From Octopus vulgaris (Eukaryota): a DNA stretch of 64,000 bases. Each line of letters opens with the position of its first letter. Position 1 is the stretch's first letter. The position numbers were made by a program, and so were the translations under genes. The notes under the pieces are model-generated. The model saw only the letters and a list, made by a program, of their open reading frames with translations. It made no database searches and was not told the origin of the DNA. Where the stretch lies: assembly GCA_951406725.2 (NCBI GenBank), contig OX597822.1:31124001-31188000 (forward strand). The letters run 5' to 3'. Shown in pieces: positions 29,191 through 42,844 of this stretch.

Positions 29191-29266
<76 letters not shown>

Positions 29267-30613
29267 CTCCAACGTTAATGACAATGGCACGTTCGGACTT
29301 GTAATAAAGCCATTCACCGTGTTTTGTCATCGAGAAAATTTCTTGCTGTAGGGATAAAGTGCAAAACACACCCAAATCAGCTCAAAGCACCACCTATTGA
29401 AGCTGTGAGATGTAATTATTTGGGAGTAGTTATCTCTTCAGATACAGAAACCGGACGGTGGTGCTGCAAGCTGATAAAAGAGACAAAGTCTTTTATATTT
29501 TTCCAGTCAACATACATTACGTTGGCTGGTAGCGCAAATCGACGACTGATCGTAATGAGATTACGATGTAAGTGCGTCAATAGAAATGCATTGTTAGCAA
29601 CTGTTCAAATATGTTAAGAAGAGGTTTGGCCTTGTAAACAAACCATTCACCGTGGAGGAAAATTTCCTCCATTCATCATGGAGGAAATCTCTCGCTCTAG
29701 ATATATAGTGCAACTATACCCAAATTATCTCGCAACTTCACCTATCTAGACTGTGAGATGCAAGTATTTAGGAATAATTCTTTTTCTATCCTAAGTTCCT
29801 TGCATTTGCGAACAAGCTGGGGAGTGTATGTTGGACATTTCTATTAATTTTATCAATATCTCGACAGTTCATTTGAAGAAAATACTGCACCAGTGAACAT
29901 GTTTCACTTAGCAGAACGAAATGATAGTCTACCTCGCTAGGTGTCTAATGCACAGATGATAATTGTGCGATGTAATGACTGAATGTCTATGAAATTAAGA
30001 AATCTATTCACTTTGTGTGAAAGGGTGGAAAATGGTTAGTTATCTTCAGTGAGTCAACTGAAATGTTAGCTCTAGTTAGTGCTAACTTTATACTGTTATT
30101 TAGAGAGATATTTTTGATATGTTATGGATGGAGGCTCTGAAAACATTAATTGGATTGTAGATAGTATTTTGATAATAGTTACGAGATTCCAACACCTTTT
30201 AGGCCTCATCCAACCACGAAATGAACTTTTACTTTGTGTAGAAGGTAACATTCGGTGATATCGTTGCATTCAGCTGAATCATTAGCACCATACTAAAGTC
30301 AAGGTCAATTTCGTTTTTTGAGTATGAGTGTCATAAACTTGCTGCATTCTACAGTTTTGACGAGAGGTTTCTCTATGTTAAAATAATATTTCAATCTCGA
30401 AGCCATCATCTATTACACTTTTATCTACATTATCTCTCGATTCATTTGCAGTTACGTATATATTCGGCTATATTCGGTTTTTTTTCATTTTATTCTCGTT
30501 TTTATGGTAATGCATTTTATAGATATATCGGTATTTTTTTTCCTGTTGTTTCTCTTGTCATAATTTCTCGTACTATATTTATTACCTCATTATCGCTACG
30601 CCCAGAATTGTCA

Positions 30614-30825
30614 TATCATCATCATCATCATCGTCACCACCTCCAACACCACCACCACCACCACCACCACCACCACCACCACCACCATCATCATCATCCT
30701 CAACATCATCATCCTCATCATCGTCGTCGCCGTCACCATCATCATCACCATCATCATCATCATCATCATCATCATCATTATCATCATCATCGTCGTCGTC
30801 GTTGTCGTCGTCGTCATCGCCGTCG

Positions 30826-30872
<47 letters not shown>

Positions 30873-30922
30873 GTCATCATCATCGTCATCATAATCATCA
30901 TCGTCATCATCATCATCACTAT
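30614..30922. repeat. Compound (CAT)n/(CAC)n/(CGT)n trinucleotide repeat
   Basis: Directly visible. Confidence 0.95.
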
Positions 30923-31494
30923 CAATGTCATTTATCGGAATTTAACATGCGTTTCTTAATATTTACAAATTTTAGCGTTAAAAATGCATTCATGTCAAAT
31001 TGCACGTTTTATAGTATACGGACATATCTATTTATGCGTGTATATCAACGCACACATACAGGCATATATGGATATATGTACATATTCATATTTATGCTTG
31101 CATTCGCATATACATCAACGCACACACACAAGCGTATATGCATATATGTACATATGCATATTTACGCTTGCATACACATCTATGTACATACACATATGTA
31201 TACATATCTATCTACATACATGCATGTGTGTATGTTTGTAGATATATATGTATTTATATATATATGGATGCAACGTTTTCATAACAAATTGCTGTATTTA
31301 CAGATATTACGAGTGGAAGTCAGAAAAAACGTAGGTGTAACAGACGAATCAGATTTTATCTGAAATCTATCTATACCTGGGCGGTAAGAGTGGCACCTTG
31401 GGCAAGTCTCTGCTATTATATCCCCAGGTCAACCAAAGCCTTGTGAGTGGATTTGGTAGACAGAGACTGAAAGAAGCTCGTCGTATATATGTAA

Positions 31495-31534
<40 letters not shown>

Positions 31535-31569
31535 GGGTGTGTGTGATTGTGTATAGAAGATTATATTAA

Positions 31570-31925
31570 TTATTTACAATCTTATAATGATATAATATTA
31601 TATAATATAATAAAATAAAATAAAATAATAGAATGTTAAATGTTCATTCTGATTGAACTAGTACTTTCATGCATTAAATTCTGCAATCTTCAGGTTCATT
31701 TAGCAGTGGTGATAGTCATGCTTCACAGTTTTTGACTGTCTTTTTTTTTCACAGTCAAAAATTGTGAAGCATGACTGCCACCACTACTACATGAACATGA
31801 AGATTGCAGAATATAATGTATGAAAGTACTAGTTCAATCAGAATGAACATTTAACATTCTATTATTTTATTTTATTTTATTATATTATATTATATTATAT
31901 TATATCATTATAAGATTGTAAATAA
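31570..31925. mobile_element. Fold-back element (~170-bp arms) with a hammerhead on each strand
   Basis: Arms 31570-31739 and 31751-31925; HHR motifs at 31654-31698 (-) and 31792-31836 (+). Confidence 0.9.
31654..31698 (-). ncRNA. Minimal type I hammerhead with intact core
   Basis: TGAAC-CTGAAGA-T-TGCA-GAATTTAA-TGCA-T-GAAA-GTAC-TA-GTTCA; palindromic stem III AGTACT, CUA triplet. Confidence 0.85.
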
Positions 31926-31959
31926 AACGTAAAAATCAGACAAGGTTGGAACTCCTTTA

Positions 31960-32002
<43 letters not shown>

Positions 32003-32574
32003 TATATATATATGTATGCATGTATGTATGTATGTATGTATGTATGTATGTATGTATGTATGTATGTATGTATATCTGTGTTTCTGTTTGTTCCCCCACC
32101 ATCATCTGACAACCGACGCAGGAGTGTTTACCTCCTCATAGTGGTTCGGCATAAAAACCGATGAAATAAGTACTAGGCTTACAAAGAATAAGTCATGGGG
32201 CTGATTTGTTCGACTAAATGCGGTGCTCCAGCATGGCCCCAATTAAACGACTGAAGCAAGTAAAGAATAAAAGAATATAATGAACAATAAGATATAAAGG
32301 CACTGAGTATTGGTGGACTATATAAAGTGTACCAAAAAAAAAAAAAAAGAAAGAAAAAGTATATCTTCTAAAATAAATAAAAAATAGTCGTAGGGCAGGA
32401 AATTTAGTATTCAAGTATTTGAAGATAATTGATGGAATTATTACGAATGAGGTCCAAATTTAATAAATGAGTAGACAAATATATGAAAACTATAATACCT
32501 AATATTATCGCTAAATCTTTGGTACATGACAGAAAATTTTTAGCAAATCGATATAGTTTGCGCAGACATATATA

Positions 32575-33090
32575 TTCTTTTCTACTCTAGGCACAAAGCT
32601 CGAAAGTTTTTGGGAGGAATCCAGTCCATAATATCGACTCCAGTACCCAACTCGTACTGAATTTATCGATCTCGACAGGATGAAAATCAAAGTCGACCTC
32701 GGTGGAATTTGAACTCAGAACTTAAAGACAGACGAAACACCGCAAAGCATTGCGCCTGGCATGCTAACGTTTCTACCATCTCGCCGCCTTGTGCAAACAT
32801 ATATATTAAACAAATTCTTGTAAAATAGTTTATTAAATAATTAAATTTCCTGTTTTAATTACAATTAGATAAAATATTTGTTTCAATTTCTGGCAGAAGA
32901 CCAGTAAGTCTTGGGAAGGATATAAGTCGATTATATCTACCAAAGTGTTCAAATAATGATTATTTTATCGATTTGAAACGGATGAAAGGCAAAGTCAACC
33001 TCAGTGGAATTTGAACTAGGTCGTAAAGACACGGACTAAATGCGTTCTTGATTTTACCCGACGCGCTAACGATTCTTCCAACTCGCCGCT
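32575..33090 (-). mobile_element. Two family B SINE copies
   Basis: GATGAAA..CAAAGTC-ACCTC-GTGGAATTTGAACT...CTCGCCGC occurs twice. Confidence 0.85.
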
Positions 33091-35229
33091 TTTCGATAAT
33101 ATACCAAACTGATGTATGGTTATAAAGATACATCAGTAAATTTATTCCATTATAATGAATGTAAAATTAAGATAATACAAATCTACACACGGATGCATCT
33201 TATATTTAAACAGAATAGAGTTATAAACATACCCCTGTTTCACCGGTAATTTCAAAGCGTTGAGGAAGAAATATTGGAGAGATAGCTTTGATCTATGAAC
33301 CATTTGATTTCCAAAGTAGTTAATACTAGTAAAAGCCATTAGTAAAAATAAAGTAAACATATATTAATACTGTAAAAAGATAAAAGCTATGGTAATAGCA
33401 ATAAAAATGGAACATTGTTAGCTGAAAATATCGTTTACCGATCAAATTATGTCGGTTATTGGCAGTTCAGTCAGTACTAACAAATTACACGAGGAAACTA
33501 TAAATTAGTAATTTGATATCAATAAATCTTGAAATATTGCTATTTTAAAAGTCTAGATATTAAGATATGGAAATAATCAAAAGTACTTCAGAAGAAAGGA
33601 AAAAAAATGTAATAGTGCAATAAGTTTAAAGGAATTTAAAATGAAACTAAGATTTTGAAATTCAATTCAAACAGGTTAAATAGATTATGTAAAAAACAGA
33701 TAAAATACAGTAATTTTAAAAATATAAATTAAAATATAATTACTTTCAATGAAAATTTGAATAAAAAATATGATTAAATATATGAAAAGAAAACGAGTAA
33801 ATCAAAATATAATTAAAATGCATAAATATTATAGGAGCCTTATGTCTTCGTGAGAGTGTATGGGATAAAAAAATTTGAGTGAATGGAGTATAAACGAGGT
33901 AAATATCAAAGGTAAAGTCGTTGGTTATGAGAGAGATAGAAACAGTAAAGGATAGAGAAAGAGTGAGAGAATGAAAGAAATAGAAAGAGACACATAGACA
34001 AAGAGTGAGAGAGAGATAAATAGAGGGAGAGAGAGAGAGAGAGAGTTCATAGACTGAGAACTCTGAAATATTCTAAAAAGAAAAGGATATATCACTTCAT
34101 GAGTAAGCTCTAGGGAAAACATGCTAGAAGATTTTAAGCATATTCCCGTCCCAGATGAATTTCATATTCAAACGATTTAAACACTGGATACCTCCTGAAA
34201 TAATGTGTAAAATTATCGACATAAATGTCACCTTATCCTCCACCATATGTACTATATCCCCTGTTCTTCATCATATCTTTGTAAAGTTCCCCGCAACTAG
34301 CTGCAATCTACCAGTTTCAAGTGTTTGTTCTTCTGTATTCATAATTCTTTAGATATCTCTTACTTTCATTTTGCATTTATTTCCTCCTTCTCAATTTAAT
34401 CGTCCTCGTCTCCTTTCCGCTCTGCTCATCTTTGTATCCCCTGATCCAGTTCCCTTGCATCTGTTTAATACAGGTCTGCTATGATGCGTTCAGACCTTCC
34501 CACAATGAATTTGTTGAAACTCGATTGTGTCGTATTGATTTTAATGAATTGAATTATATTAAGATGTTGCCTTTTGACATGTCTCAACGAGACAGTGCAT
34601 ACTCATTCGAAGTCTGACTATACACCTTGCATGCAATAAAGCTTCTTGAATGATTCAAACAACATGCTTTTCACACCCTAGCTAGTTGATTAACTGGAAG
34701 CTACCATATGTTATCATAAATCATACAAGAAATTAAAGCCATTATGTTCTGAAGCTAATATTCTAAGTCGCTTTCAAAACGTTTACCGTAACCACACACA
34801 TATATTTATCTGAGAAGAATACTTTATGTCCAATAATGTCAACAATATTACTTTTGCAAAGAGCTTGTGCGATGACAACGGAGAGGTTTAGATTTACAAC
34901 ATTCATTTTTTACGTGTACATCTACCACCGAATTGCTAAACCTGTCGCCAAAGCAGAGGCATATTAGCGACTATTTGCTTCCTTCAGAATGGAGCTTGAA
35001 ATCTATTGAGATTCTGTTGGGTGGGCGTATCATTTCCTTTATAATATATTTTTTGTCTTTGTCGTTGGCACCAGTGTCATTTGCTCCAATTCTTCTTGAA
35101 CAAATTATCTATAAACATGCCTAAAAGCTTATATAGATAGAAATGTGTCAAATTTCCGTGTCAAATTCCAGTTTACGTATCCTGGCTTTTCACATTCATA
35201 TAGTTTCCCTTCTAAACATATTTCTATGA

Positions 35230-35318
<89 letters not shown>

Positions 35319-35400
35319 CATACACTCACACAAATATATATATATGTATATATATATATTTAAAAAGAGAGATGTGGAACACGAGTTGTGATATATAAAG

Positions 35401-35680
35401 AAAGGAAATGAAGAAAATGCTGACAAAATGATTTAAGTAAGGGAGAGTGTATTTAATTAGGTGAAAGTTCTTACCGGTTGCGCATTTGTTATGCTTATCA
35501 AAAGATATTTTTTAAGAGAGATAGAGTTCCTTTCTGATAGATTTTTCTAGGAACTCTATCTCTCTTAAAAAAATATATTTTGATAAGCATAACAAATGCG
35601 CAACCGGTAAGAACTTTCACCTAATTAAATACACTCTCCCTTACTTAAATCATTTTGTCAGCATTTTCTTCCTTTCCTTT
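35401..35680. mobile_element. Fold-back element (~130-bp arms) with a variant hammerhead on each strand
   Basis: Arms 35401-35531 and 35549-35680 nearly identical; TTGATAA/GCAA motif at 35468-35503 (-) and 35576-35613 (+). Confidence 0.9.
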
Positions 35681-35683
35681 ATA

Positions 35684-35761
<78 letters not shown>

Positions 35762-36044
35762 TTTCTGTGTGTTTTAAAATATATTCTTGTATTAGGAATT
35801 CGAAGAATCAAAAATATCTCACATTAAGTTCTTCACCAATTGTGTGGCTAAGAAAAGTTACCGTGGTAGAGGTTAGGGTAAAACTGAGCGTCTTTCGCTA
35901 ATTCCAGGAGGTACAGTGATGGAGATAATATATATACATACTAGAGTCAAGGCAAGAAGTGTGAGAAAGATGTGCATTCAATACGTTCTACAGCTGTGTC
36001 ATAATTTTGTTGGGTATATAATAGATGTTACAACAATATTGCTT

Positions 36045-36575
36045 TCATATTTTGGTTCCAGTCCAGTGTTTTCAAGAAAGAGCTAAAGTCGGTTACGCCG
36101 AACACAGTGCTTAACTGGTAATTATTTCATCGACTCCAAAGGATGAAAGGCGAAGTCGAGGGAAATTGAATTCAGAACGTAACGGCAGATGAAATTCCTT
36201 TCAGAATTTTGCCCGGCTTGCTAACAATTCTGTCGGCTCACCGCGTTAATGTTCCATAAGTATTAACACATATTTTAGGTGATCATTTAGTAGCATCGTC
36301 ACCTCACCGGGCAAAGTAGTTAGTGACATTTCTTCTACTTTCACATTCTGAGTTCAAATTCCACCGTGACCAACTTTGCCTTTCTAAGGTTCGAGGTCAA
36401 TAAAATAAGTACCATTTGAGCATTGGGGTCTATGGGACCGACTTACTACTTCCCCTAAACTTGTTAGCCTTATGCCAAAATTCAAAAGCAATATTAACGG
36501 ACAGATTCGCTACCATGTTGGGCAAAATGCGTCACGGCAATTCCTTCGTTTTCCTGATCTCAGTTCAAATTCCAC
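36045..36575. mobile_element. Head-to-head family B SINE copies
   Basis: Minus copy 36045-36245; plus copies 36290-36490 and 36500-36575. Confidence 0.8.
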
Positions 36576-36705
36576 ATACTGATTTAACATACTGATTTGT
36601 CAAAAACAGTTCGTAAGATTCAGCCTTCTGGAGCCCATTGCAGAGTATTCAAAAGCATTTAATTCTTTCATTATAATGTCAATTGTGGAAGACGATCGTC
36701 GCTAC

Positions 36706-36747
36706 ATAAAACTGATTATTGTGTAACACATGAAAGTACTAGTTTAT
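36706..36747 (+). ncRNA. Degenerate minimal hammerhead followed by tail ending in (TA)n at ~36825
   Basis: ATAAAA-CTGATTA-T-TGTG-TAA-CACA-T-GAAA-GTAC-TA-GTTTAT; same layout as 31654. Confidence 0.65.
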
Positions 36748-37901
36748 TTCAATATTGTATAATTGTAAAGACTGCAATGATAAAATGTGAAAATCAGGCT
36801 TAGTTTCAATTACATTGATTACTATATATATATATATATATATATATTACGCTAGCCAAAATATCCGTTCAGTTATTATCGACTGCTAAATTTCAAGCAC
36901 TCTTGTAATGAGATATGCGTATCTATGTGTGTGTCGTACACTCTTTAGCAAGGTAAATATGTCATCGGAACATTCCGGGTAATTTTCTTTGTTACATTAT
37001 CAGATTCGTAGTGTTAGATTCTACGTATATTCCTCTGAAGGCTACATAGCTCAATTATCACTAGAGTCTCTGGTTTCTTACTTTTCTTCAATTTATCTAG
37101 AAGCCGTGACTGAGCTAATCATGGGCGATGCACTACTCTCCATCAAAAATCTATAAAAATAAATTACAGATGGTATATTTGAGTAGATGGAGACGAAGAA
37201 ATAGTCCAAATCTGCTTGAATAGTCCAAAGCATGCTTGAATACATAAATATTAGGAAAACAAGATAGAAAAATGTTTTAAATTGTATAAATGAAGACAAA
37301 TGGGATGATGACGATGACGAAGAAAACCGATGACGACGACCATGATGGTGATGATGTGGCGGATGTCTTTTTTTGTATATGACTCGGTATAAAGGGGTAC
37401 ATGATGCCGAAATATTTCAGTGGAAATTTACTGAGACGATGAATGCAATGTCATTGGATTTTGAAATGAATTTGACCGGAGCCATTCATGCGTGGAACAA
37501 GTATACGACTTTAAGTGAGCGCCACTTAAGCGTAAATTTTATGAAAATGTAGACTCGTATGGTTACACACCACGGATTTCAGTAGAGGTAGCCAAAAGGC
37601 AACCAATTCAGACTAGTAATGTTCAAACATTTAATTGTGATAGTAAATCTCACACTTTTGAAGTAAGTAGATTGAATAACTTTTTAGTGCATCCATAGTC
37701 CCTCCTCTCTCTCTCCCTCTGTCTCTCTCTCTCTTAATGTTTCGCTGCTTTTAAGTATGGTTTCTCAAAACATGCACACTCTTAAATATAAAAAACACAG
37801 ACACAGGTGCACGCGGCGCACACACGCGAGCACATATATGCACAAACACGCACACCTACACACTCATATAAACACACGAACGCACGCACGTATTAGTACA
37901 G

Positions 37902-37944
<43 letters not shown>

Positions 37945-38653
37945 CATATGTATGTATATATATATATATGTATATATATGTATATATAGACCTGTATATG
38001 TATGTGTATATATGTACATATATGTATATATATAGACCTGTATATGTATGTGTATATATGTATATATAAATATATATATATATATTTACGTTTATAAATA
38101 CATATATATGCACTTTTATACAAACGTATACGCACGGATACTTAATCGCACATATGAACACTCTCACTCACGTATACTCACTTACACTCACACATACATA
38201 ATCACACACACATATACTTCTACGCATATTCTGTCTGCTAAATTTCATTCCAAGACTTTGATAAGAAAATACAAGGTTGTAGTGGAAGAATGCATAATGT
38301 AGCTTCTTCAGTAAACTTTGTTACGAAATTCTGTCATGTTTGATAATGTATCCATCATAGGTATCGGGGAATAGAAAAGTGTGTCAGTTATATGCAATAT
38401 ATAGATAATATATATATATATATACATACATGCATACACACATACAGAGACACATACATGCATATACACATACATGTATATGTATTTATATATATATATA
38501 TATATGTACATATAGATATACATACAAATTTTTATACACTAATGTTTATATGTATATATATATATATGCATATATATGTATGTGTATAGATATGTATGTA
38601 TATATATATGTATTTATGTGTATATATATATGTATATATATATATATATATAC

Positions 38654-38694
<41 letters not shown>

Positions 38695-39735
38695 AATGCA
38701 TACGTACATACATATATGTATATATATATACATTATGCACGTATATCAATATCTTATCATATATATCTTATGCCAAGATTTATTTGTCTAATTCTACCTG
38801 TTTCTTCATTTCTAGTCATTCCTCTCTATTGCTAGCGTTCATTTTAGGTTATCGCGAAAACATGATGGTATTTTTCTTCCATATGTTTGATAAAAATAAG
38901 GTAATCGCAAAAGAAGAAATGTTCTCTTATTTCTCAAGGGAAACGTAGGAATAATTACTTTGTTTTTTACGGCATCACGACAGATCTTCACATTGAAGAT
39001 AATCGTGATATTTATTGAGCTCATAATCTTCATGATGCACCGACATAAAGTTTACTTTAATTAAAAAGCTCTTCGTGGTCACGTAAAATTAGAGATTTAA
39101 TAGCGATTCTTTTTTATATCATTACTTCTTTCAGTATTTGGATTACTGCCATACTGAGATAAAACTTCGGAGATTTTTTGGCGAGCAAAATGACACCAGG
39201 ATTTATTATATCGATTTCGTAAACAAAACTTCTAAGTAATAAAGACGTAAACCAACCAACATCAGTTGTCATGTGGTGGTGCAGGACCAACACGGCGTCA
39301 TAAACATACATACAGCCATACATGCGACAGTGGTGATTTCACGCTATTAATATTAAAGATAAAATCTGAATGGATTTAGGGTGACGCGTTTAGCTAATCT
39401 CAATCAAACTTTCACACGTCTGTGTGTGTGTGAGGAACATTCAAAGATGGATACATTCATAAAGCAAGCGTATATATATGTGTATGTATATATGTATATA
39501 TGTGTGTGTGTGTGTTTGTGTTTGTGTGTGTGTGTGTATGCACAGTATTTTGTCAGTCAACAGGTCGCGGTCTCAAAGCGACGAAAATATTTTGGCAAAT
39601 TAGATCTACATCTTGAAATGAGTCTAAAGCTTTTGTGTGTTTCTTAAATGGCTTATGAATACATTCCACGCTGCAATTTTTGTCGTTCCAGAACACAATC
39701 CCAGATCAGGTCACTTGCTATGCAAGTACATATGC

Positions 39736-39786
<51 letters not shown>

Positions 39787-39865
39787 TATATTAAATTAGA
39801 GTTAAAACCACTATTAGGCAAATCATACAATGAAAAACTTAAGCCAATACATAAGATTAATTAAT

Positions 39866-40127
39866 TTATATTATTTTAAATATATATCAAAATTATTATA
39901 AAAAGATAATTAGTATAACACTACGATCGTTTCATGGCTGTCCAATTCGAGTTACAGTCATTCTTCAGGTGATTGAAATATTTAACTTGGCGAGGTTTAA
40001 TCAATGTTAAATATTTCAATCACCTGAAGAATGACTGTAACTCGAATTGGACAGCCATGAAATGATCGTAGTGTTATACTAATTATCTTTTTTTAATAAT
40101 TTTTGATAAATATTTAAAATGATATAA
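39866..40127. mobile_element. Fold-back element (~120-bp arms) with a hammerhead on each strand
   Basis: Arms 39866-39986 and 40006-40127; HHR motifs at 39919-39971 (-) and 40021-40073 (+); (TA)n at ~39737 and ~40208. Confidence 0.9.
39919..39971 (-). ncRNA. Minimal type I hammerhead with intact core
   Basis: CAC-CTGAAGA-ATGACTGT...ACAGCCAT-GAAAC-GATC-GTA-GTG; palindromic stem III ACGATCGT, GUA triplet. Confidence 0.85.
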
Positions 40128-40254
40128 TATTTTACTATAAAATTGGATTCAATCCTAAATCTGATTTTTCCCTGTAAGTTTGGATTTATTCCCTAATATT
40201 TTATTATATATATATACTCATATATATATATATATGAGTATATATATGTATATA

Positions 40255-40654
40255 CGCAGGAGTGGCTGTGTGGTAAGTAGCTTGTTTACAAACCACGTGG
40301 TTCTGGGTTCAGTCCCACTGCGTGGCACCATGGGCAAGTGTCTTCTACTATAGCTTCGGGCCGACCAAAGCCTTGTGAGTGGGTTTGGTAGACGGAAACT
40401 GCAAGAAGCCCGTCGTATATATGTATATATATATATATATGCGTGTGTGTGTGTGTCAGTGTGTGTCCCCCTAGCATTGCTTGACAACCGATGCTGGTGT
40501 GTTTATGTCCCCGTTACTTAGCGGTTCGGTAAAAGAGACCGATAGAATAAGTACTGGGCTTGCAAAAGAATAAGTCCCGAGTTGCTCGATTAAAGGCGGT
40601 GCTCCAGCATGGCCGCAGTCAAATGACTGAAACAAGTAAAAGAGTAAAAGAGTA
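40255..40654 (+). mobile_element. Family A SINE, full length
   Basis: Collinear with 506-934. Confidence 0.92.
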
Positions 40655-40992
40655 ACACATACACCTATAGAAATAGAGATAGTTAGATAATACTCTCTCA
40701 TTGGATGAGTTACCTTGTCTCCATGTCGTATAACTTCCTGATGTCACAACACACTCACTGAACAACACGCCAGTCTCTCAACATCCTATTCACTTGTATT
40801 GAACTGGCGCAATGTAAGCTGAAGTATTTTGCTCAAAAACAACGCTTTGCCCGGTCCAGTACTCGAAACCACAATTTTGCGTTCGTTTCAGCAACATGCT
40901 AACCACGTCTTAACTATGCGTATATAGTTATGGATACATTTCGATATGAATACAGAGACTTATAAATATATATATGGGCAATAAAGAAATAG

Positions 40993-41299
40993 GTGGTAAC
41001 TCCCCTTTGGTCATGAATGACCATGGGATTGCACCTAGAAAGTTACCATGCGAATCAGACGTCCGGTTTTTTAAGGACGGCCAGCAGTTGCCCGTGCATA
41101 CCAGCCTCCCCTCTCCATGCCACTGATGTTATCTGAGGGAAAGACAAAGGTCGACACAACTTGGCAGCAGTGACATCGCAACTCATTTCTACAGTTGAGT
41201 GATGTGGGGCAACGTGAAATAAATGTCTTGTTCAAAAACGCAACATACAGCCTTGTCCGGGAGTCGTAAGCTCGACGCTCTAACCACTGAGCCATGCGC
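40993..41299 (-). mobile_element. tRNA-headed SINE, family C (CORE-like centre)
   Basis: Minus strand GCGCATGGCTCAGTGGTTAGAGCG head, GAACAAGACATTTATTTCAC centre; related fragment at 40795-40920. Confidence 0.75.
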
Positions 41300-41658
41300 T
41301 TTCATTATATAATATATATAAGCGTATATCTATAAGAATGTACTTTTCTTTAACTATGTTATAATGTTAAAGAAGTAAAAACAAACTCACTAAGATTTAA
41401 AATTACTCTCTGTAAATCTATCGATTTTTGATTAATCAATTCGTTTTCATTTGAATAAAACCTGAAAACATATTTCAAAAATCATGAAAATACAATGTAA
41501 AAATATCGACGTATATGTTTACATCAAAGTTCTCTTAATTATCGCCACAGGCTTAACTTCTCGTTTATCCGGGAATAATTAACAAAAATTTTGTCTTCTT
41601 TTTCTTGATAAAATCTACTTAAGAAAAAAAGAGAAAAAGAAGCTATATCGCAATAGAA

Positions 41659-41754
<96 letters not shown>

Positions 41755-42260
41755 GATATTATTATTATTATTTTTATTATTATTATTATTTTTCTCGTCA
41801 AAACCATCACCATCATCAACACCGTCGTCATGATGATGTTAGCAGCGCCGATGATAAAGATGATGATGATAATTATGGTAATGATGACGACGACAATCAT
41901 GATGATAGTGGTGGTGGTGGTGATGATGATGATGACGGTGACGACGACGATGATGATGATCATCATGATGATGACGATCATCATGATCAACATAATCAAC
42001 ACCATCATCGTCGTGAACATCAGTGTAATGGAAAGTGCAGATGAATTGGGGCAAAGGTAATCGGTCTGCTGGTATCTCTCACAGCTCTCAACTGTCTGAG
42101 TTCAATACCTCCCTGAAATCATCTTAGCTTTCCCTCATATCAGGGTCAATAATAGAGGACCCCGGCGATAGTATCAGTGTATAACTTTTCCTTAAATTTT
42201 TTCACATTGTGTCAAACTTTAAAGCACTTAATATTATTATTATCATCATCATCATCATCA

Positions 42261-42355
<95 letters not shown>

Positions 42356-42383
42356 TTCATCATTATTATTATTAATATTTTGC

Positions 42384-42440
<57 letters not shown>

Positions 42441-42476
42441 GTTATTATAGTTACTACTACTACTACTACAACAACA

Positions 42477-42537
<61 letters not shown>

Positions 42538-42540
42538 TTG
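41659..42540. repeat. (ATT)n/(GAT)n/(ACT)n trinucleotide cluster
   Basis: Directly visible; a degenerate family B SINE lies at ~42050-42215. Confidence 0.95.
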
Positions 42541-42844
42541 ACAGCTGTCTTGAACAGCTGTGCTTGAATGACTGATTTATTTTGTATGAGTTTCCAGTGT
42601 AACTCTATAAAATTATTGAAATCTTCGATTGTTTTTCACAGTATAAATTTATTTATAATTTAGCTATTTTAAAGTCAAACTCAGTGAGATATTACAGCAA
42701 ATGTTATTGTTCAAACATCATCGTTTTATCTTATTTTTTTAAACTGTAAATTTTCACTTCAATACTGACGTCTCACTAGCATTGACCAATTTCACAGGCA
42801 CTGTCCTGTTTCACAGGCACTGTCCCCCGAAAAATAATATTGGA

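Larger units (their letters stand above)
31378..32275 (+). mobile_element. Family A SINE split by an insertion in its internal microsatellite
   Basis: 5' part 31378-31485 and 3' part ~32075-32275 are collinear with the copy at 506-934. Confidence 0.85.

Noticed and set aside
30446-31363. 305-aa His/Arg-rich ORF
   Set aside because: Length comes from a stop-free trinucleotide repeat and degenerate CA/TA repeats; non-ATG start and no domain.
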